NCBI GenBank assembly: GCA_951406725.2
Contig: OX597819.1
Coordinates: 104,222,001 to 104,286,000 of the forward strand
DNA: 64,000 bases
Source: Octopus vulgaris
Taxonomy: Eukaryota
Direction of reading: 5' to 3'
The position numbers were made by a program, and so were the translations under genes. Numbering within the stretch: the first letter of the stretch is position 1; each line of letters opens with the position of its first letter. The notes below the pieces were generated by a model, which saw only the letters and a list, made by a program, of their open reading frames with translations, searched no databases and had not been told where the DNA came from. This document shows, in pieces, positions 58,003-64,000 of this stretch.

Positions 58003-58165
58003 GGAAAATGCTTAGTAGCATTTCGTTCTGAGTTCAAATTCTCCTGAGGTCGCCTTTCATCCTTTTGAGGTCGATAACATGAGTGCCAGTTGAACTCTGG
58101 GGTATATTTAATCGACTTAGCCCCCTCCACCAAAACTTACTGGCCTTCTACCAAAATTTTAAATC
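58003..58165 (+). mobile_element. Family A SINE, degenerate
   Basis: aaaatgcttagtagcatttcgttctgagttcaaattc...gcctttcatcctttt.aggtcgataa. Confidence 0.8.
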
Positions 58166-58362
58166 AAAATTTACAAAAAGGATAGACTCTCTTGTTCTGT
58201 CACATTCTGCAGCCCGAGAGCAGGAGATAGTTACAGAATATATAATGAATAAAAATGAAAGTGAAGCTTTTAAAATTCCAAGATACAGAAATATTAATGA
58301 TGTCATATTTCAGAAAGGAACACAGAAAGAAACAAGGAGAGAAAAAAAATGTGTGTAGTGGC

Positions 58363-58640
58363 TACTGATCGGTCTCTATTTACCGAACAACCTAGTTACG
58401 GGGACGTAAACACATCAACACCAGTAGTCAAGCAGTGGTAGGGGATAAACACAGATGCAGAAACACACACACACACACGTATATTTCAACGGGTTTCTTG
58501 TTGTTTCTGTCTACCAAATCCACTCACAAGGCTTTGGTCAGCCCGAGGCTATAGTCACTTACCCATGGTGCCATGCTGTGGAATTGAACCAAGAGCCATG
58601 CAGTCTGGAAGCAAGCTTTTAACCATACAGCTATACCCCC
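58363..58640 (-). mobile_element. Family C SINE
   Basis: atcggtctc...gttacggggacgtaaacac...ctaccaaatccactcacaaggctttggtc...gaagcaagctt..aaccatacagc. Confidence 0.85.
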
Positions 58641-58710
58641 GCCTATATATATTATATGTACACACACACACGCGCGCGCACACATATTCATATGTGTATG
58701 TGTGTGTGTC

Positions 58711-58741
<31 letters not shown>

Positions 58742-59091
58742 GTGTGTGACATACATGTGGAAATTCGACTGTCTAGAAATGGCAACCAAAGTTTTCAAAG
58801 TGTAAGCTGCCGTCACAAGTAAAGGAAGAACATATTGGTTAACGTATTTCTTTATAACTCTCTATAAAGGAGCGGTTGCAACTGAAATGGTTCTTATCCT
58901 ACGCCGGATTGTTTGAGTCTGACCTGACAAAATATACCGACAAACATTCACATGTGCATACATTCATACCAACATACATCCATACATTTATAAACACGCG
59001 CAGTTATATTCAGAAAAACACAGAAATACACACACACATACACACACACACATACACACGCACACACATAATATATACACAGACAAACATA

Positions 59092-59209
59092 TTCTTTTCT
59101 ACTCTAGACACAAGACCCGAAATTGTTTTGGGGGAGCGGGGGTAGTCTATTAGATCGAACCCAGTGCGCAACTGGTACTTAATTTACCGACCCTGAAAGG
59201 ATGAAAGCC
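59092..59209 (-). mobile_element. Family A SINE 3' fragment
   Basis: cccagtgcgcaactggtacttaatttaccgaccctgaaaggatgaaag. Confidence 0.8.
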
Positions 59210-59281
<72 letters not shown>

Positions 59282-59369
59282 AAGAAGAAGAAGAAGAAGA
59301 AGAAGAAGAAGAAGAAGAAGAAGAAGAAGAAGAAGAAGAAGAAGAAGAAGAAGAAGAAGAAGAAGAAGA

Positions 59370-59645
59370 ATGATCCCTGGCTTACCATCCCTGCAAGAAG
59401 TGCAAAAGATTGTCTTAACTGGTACATCACACGTATTGAGAAGAGCATTGTCGATGTGAGAACTGTTGCTGCTCATGTATTTAACAAAAAAAAAAAAAAG
59501 AAATGAACAAACTACTGAGTTTGGTTTAATGGCCTACCAATGTATACTATGAGTTTCTTTGCCCTAGGAGTCGGGAAGACACTCGGCAAGAAATGGAAGC
59601 AAATTTGAAAGAAGAAAAAAAAGTAATACAATAATAATAATAATA
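59370..59645 (+). mobile_element. R4/Dong-type LINE extreme 3' end + UTR
   Basis: IPGLPSLQEVQKIVLTGTSHVLRRALSM* followed by a UTR and an (AAT)n tail. The UTR motif acactcggc.agaaa.ggaag also occurs on the minus strand at 40710-40735. Confidence 0.8.
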
Positions 59646-59710
59646 TGAAGGAATATTTCCAAACTTACAGGGAAAATTCAATTTAGTAATACTAAGTCAA
59701 ATTTCACAAA

Positions 59711-59753
<43 letters not shown>

Positions 59754-59765
59754 TAGAAAAAAACC

Positions 59766-60041
59766 CACCTTTTATCAATTCAATAATGAAAAATTAAATT
59801 ATATCATTTAGAAAAATTACATATTATAGAAAGATTAAATATACTATAAAACATATAACAGTGATTAAGTAATGTGAAAATAATAAATAAAAAAATAAAA
59901 GTATATATATACGTTTTATTTATTATTTTGCACATTACTTAATCATTGTTAAATGTTTTATCTTCTATTTAATCTTTCTATAATATGTAATTTTTCTAAA
60001 TGGTATAATTTAATTTTTCATTATTGAATTGATAAAAGGTG
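59766..60041. repeat. ~275-bp AT-rich imperfect palindrome between microsatellites
   Basis: caccttttatcaattcaataatgaaaaattaaattata... versus ...tataatttaatttttcattattgaattgataaaaggtg. Confidence 0.88.
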
Positions 60042-60045
60042 TTTT

Positions 60046-60130
<85 letters not shown>

Positions 60131-60318
60131 GGTGCCCCAGCATGGCCACAGCTCATTAGCTGAAACTGGAAAAAATCAAAAAAAAAAAAATCATATATGC
60201 CAGAACAAACTTCCGAAACTCTGAATTTTATTATGACAACCAACTAATTGTCACATATTATATTTGTAGATAAATTCCTCGAGGTCCCATTCATTCTTTT
60301 GTTGTCATACTATTATTA

Positions 60319-60356
<38 letters not shown>

Positions 60357-60361
<5 letters not shown>

Positions 60362-60664
60362 CACGATCACGTGACCGACCAGACCATTACATGTTGTTAC
60401 ACACCGCTGGTCACAATGCGTTCGCATTGTTTTGCCCTTCAAATGACGCCACCCCGCTGGCTAAGCGAGCAGGCCAATAGAAGAAAGAGAGAGAGAAAGT
60501 TGTGGTGAAAGAATACAGCAGGGATCACAACCCCCTGCCGGAGCCTCTTGGAGCTTTTAGGTGTTTTCGCTCAATAAACACTCACAACGCCCGGTCTGGT
60601 AATCGAAACCGCGATCCTAGAACCGCGAGTCCGCTGCCCTAACCACTGGGCCATTGCGCCTCCA
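60357..60664 (-). mobile_element. Family B SINE, tail type 3
   Basis: Head and body match the other family B copies; 60357-60480 is unrelated to tails 1 and 2. Confidence 0.88.
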
Positions 60665-60683
60665 CACACACACACACACACAC

Positions 60684-60826
<143 letters not shown>

Positions 60827-60842
60827 TTTATTATATAGAAGG

Positions 60843-60893
60843 AGCTTCTACAGGACTAGTACTGTTTCATTCAAGAGAAATCTTCAGGAAGCT
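60843..60893 (-). ncRNA. Type I hammerhead ribozyme in an element (about 60813-61230) abutting (TA)n
   Basis: AGCUUC-CUGAAGA-UUUC-UCUU-GAAU-GAAA-CAG-UACUAGUC-CUG-UA-GAAGCU: 6-bp stem I; stem III is a 16-nt palindrome with one mismatch. Confidence 0.8.
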
Positions 60894-61232
60894 ATTTAAC
60901 AAGAATTGTATTAGCATTTATACATTTAGGCAGGTTTAAAGGAGTGGTGGTGGGGGACTTTTTGGGGGTAGGCATAGCGCAAAATATCATACTTGGGGGA
61001 GTGGTCAAGGAGTCAGTGGTAAGTTAGATGAAAGAATAGATAAATAAAAAAATAAAATAATAAAATAAAAAAATAAAAAAATAAAAAAATAAAAAAATAA
61101 AAAAATAAAATAAAAAAATAAAAAATAAAAAATATATATAAAAAATATATATATAAAAAATATATATATAAAAATATATATATATATAAAAAAAGGGGGG
61201 ATAGAGTTATAGGTAAATAAGGAGATTCTCAC

Positions 61233-61279
61233 TTGTACCTATACACACATGTATACGTATCTACACACATATATATATA

Positions 61280-61325
<46 letters not shown>

Positions 61326-61777
61326 TATATACACATATACATACATATCTACATACACACATACATACACCCGCCCACATATACAAATTTATACACATGC
61401 ACATGCATATACCTGTCTACACATACACACACGTATATATGCATACACTCACTCCCATGCATGCACGCATACACACATGTATATATATACACACGACCAC
61501 ACATACATATATACACAGAAAAATATATATTCATACGCACATACACTCATGCACACACAACACACCTAGTTCCCTATATACACATATTTACACCTATATA
61601 TACACATACACCCACATACACATATGTACATATATATATATATACATATATACATATATATACATATACACGCATACATATATATACATATACATACATG
61701 TGTGCACATACATACATATACACATATACATACACACACACATACACATGTGTACCTATACATACCTACACATACAC

Positions 61778-61826
<49 letters not shown>

Positions 61827-62146
61827 CCAATACAGGCCCATTCCCTAATTTTAATTTTATTATCTTCATTTATTACTTTTGTTATCTTTGATCGCTAGAG
61901 CTAAGGATCCTGGCTATGGCAGCATGTCCATTTGTCTGTCTACTAGAAGGCAAGTACTCATTCCCGCACGCACACTCATTAGCACGTACATTCACCCATT
62001 CGTACACTCATACACATACACGTACGCACGCGTTATATTCATACATACAAACATCTACATACGTTCACGTATATACACATACGTACTCGTACCTACAGAT
62101 TCGTGTCTACACTTTAGGAGGCTAGTCTATACATATACACCAATAA

Positions 62147-62178
<32 letters not shown>

Positions 62179-62221
62179 ACATACACACACACACATATAC
62201 TCCTACATACAGATACATACC

Positions 62222-62277
<56 letters not shown>

Positions 62278-62479
62278 CATACACACACACACATATATAT
62301 ACACACACATACATACACATATATATACATACACAAACATATATACACACATATATATATATATACACACATACACACACATACATACATATACACACAA
62401 ACACATACATACGTATACATACATACATACATCCATACATCCATACTTACATGCATTTATACGCATACACACACCCCCA

Positions 62480-62514
<35 letters not shown>

Positions 62515-63236
62515 TCACACATACATATACAAATATACGCACACACATACATACATACACGTATACGCATACACGCACATACACATATACATGCGTACCC
62601 ATACACGTGCACACACGCACGTGCATCCATATATATACACACACATATATACACGTGTGCAAGCATACATACATACTCATACACGCACACATACTTACAT
62701 ATACATATATGCACACACTTACACACATATATACATACACATATACATGCATACATACATATATGCATACATACACATACACGCACATACACATATACAT
62801 GCGTACCCATACACGTGCACACACGCACCTGCATCCATATATATACACACACACACATATATACACGTGTGCAAGCATACATACATACTCATACACGCAC
62901 ACATACTTACATATACATATATGCACACACTTACACACATATATACATACACATATACATGCATACATACATATATGCATACATACACACACGCGCACTC
63001 ATATATATATATATATATATACACATATATACACACACACACATATATATATATACACATACATATATACACATACACATACATACACACATACATATAC
63101 ATACACATACACATACGTACATATATATATATATACACATATATACACATATACACATACATATATACACATATACATACATATACATACACACACACAT
63201 ACATATATACATATACACTGATACACATACCCATAC

Positions 63237-63271
<35 letters not shown>

Positions 63272-63354
63272 TATACACATGCATATACTTATATCTCTAC
63301 ATACTCACATATAAACATATATACATATACACACACATATATATACATGTACAT

Positions 63355-63389
<35 letters not shown>

Positions 63390-63735
63390 CCTATATATAC
63401 ATATATATATATACACACACACACACACATACATATACACATATACATGTATACATACGCAATAATGATACACATATATACACATACACACACACAGACA
63501 GATGCATATACATACATATATATATAAATTACATATCTATATAAATACATACATAATACACATATACACACACATATATATACATGCATATACATATACA
63601 AATATACATACACATACATACACACACACGCGCGCACATACATATACACACACACATATACAAATACATACATACACACATACACACACACACATATATA
63701 CATACATGTACACATATACATATATATATATATCA
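61233..63735. repeat. 2.5-kb cryptic alternating purine/pyrimidine (CA/TA) tract with a ~210-bp tandem duplication
   Basis: 62571-62778 is repeated at about 62779-62990; the 528-aa ORF is H/T/Y/I low complexity. Confidence 0.9.
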
Positions 63736-64000
63736 ACAAGGGAGGGTAAAGTTAATTAGTTATTAATCAATTTCACCAAGTATTCAGTATGTAAAGGGAC
63801 CATTATTATTTTGAGTAAACAATGTTAGAGGGAAAAAAATTCTCTAAGTAGTGGAAGAGGCTAAAAAACTTTATTGGCTGCTATTTCTAGAAAGTTTAGT
63901 ATGTGGCAAAGTAATTTATTTTATTTTACTAAGCCCTAATTATATAATATTTTATACATACATACACATACATGAACACATACATTTACACATACATATG

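Noticed and set aside
61879-63465. 528-aa ORF, the longest in the window
   Set aside because: H/T/Y/I low-complexity translation of CA/TA repeats that lack stop codons by composition.

Overview
AT-rich, microsatellite-saturated metazoan non-coding DNA. The SINE/LINE repertoire is the one I associate with Octopus genomes (inference). No intact protein-coding gene, rRNA, true tRNA or CRISPR array is visible, and nearly all listed ORFs are microsatellite read-through or decayed transposon fragments. Recognisable content: two decayed Penelope-like elements (PLEs, Naiad-like RT and GIY-YIG motifs), each with an inverted copy of its 3' end; several R4/Dong-type and RTE LINE fragments; three Tc1/mariner remnants and a MITE; a non-autonomous Helitron; and many tRNA-derived SINEs. 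The most striking unexplained signal is a set of sequence-unrelated short elements, mostly embedded in (TA)n and often arranged as fold-backs. About ten loci carry type I hammerhead ribozyme (HHR) motifs with a palindromic stem III, from complete to remnant. One element combines a Pol III tRNA-like head, an (AAT)n tract and the HHR. Together they suggest a diverse family of non-autonomous, ribozyme-bearing, PLE-mobilised retroelements. A candidate 15-nt microexon on the minus strand hints that the window may be intronic. All coordinates and folds were read by eye.
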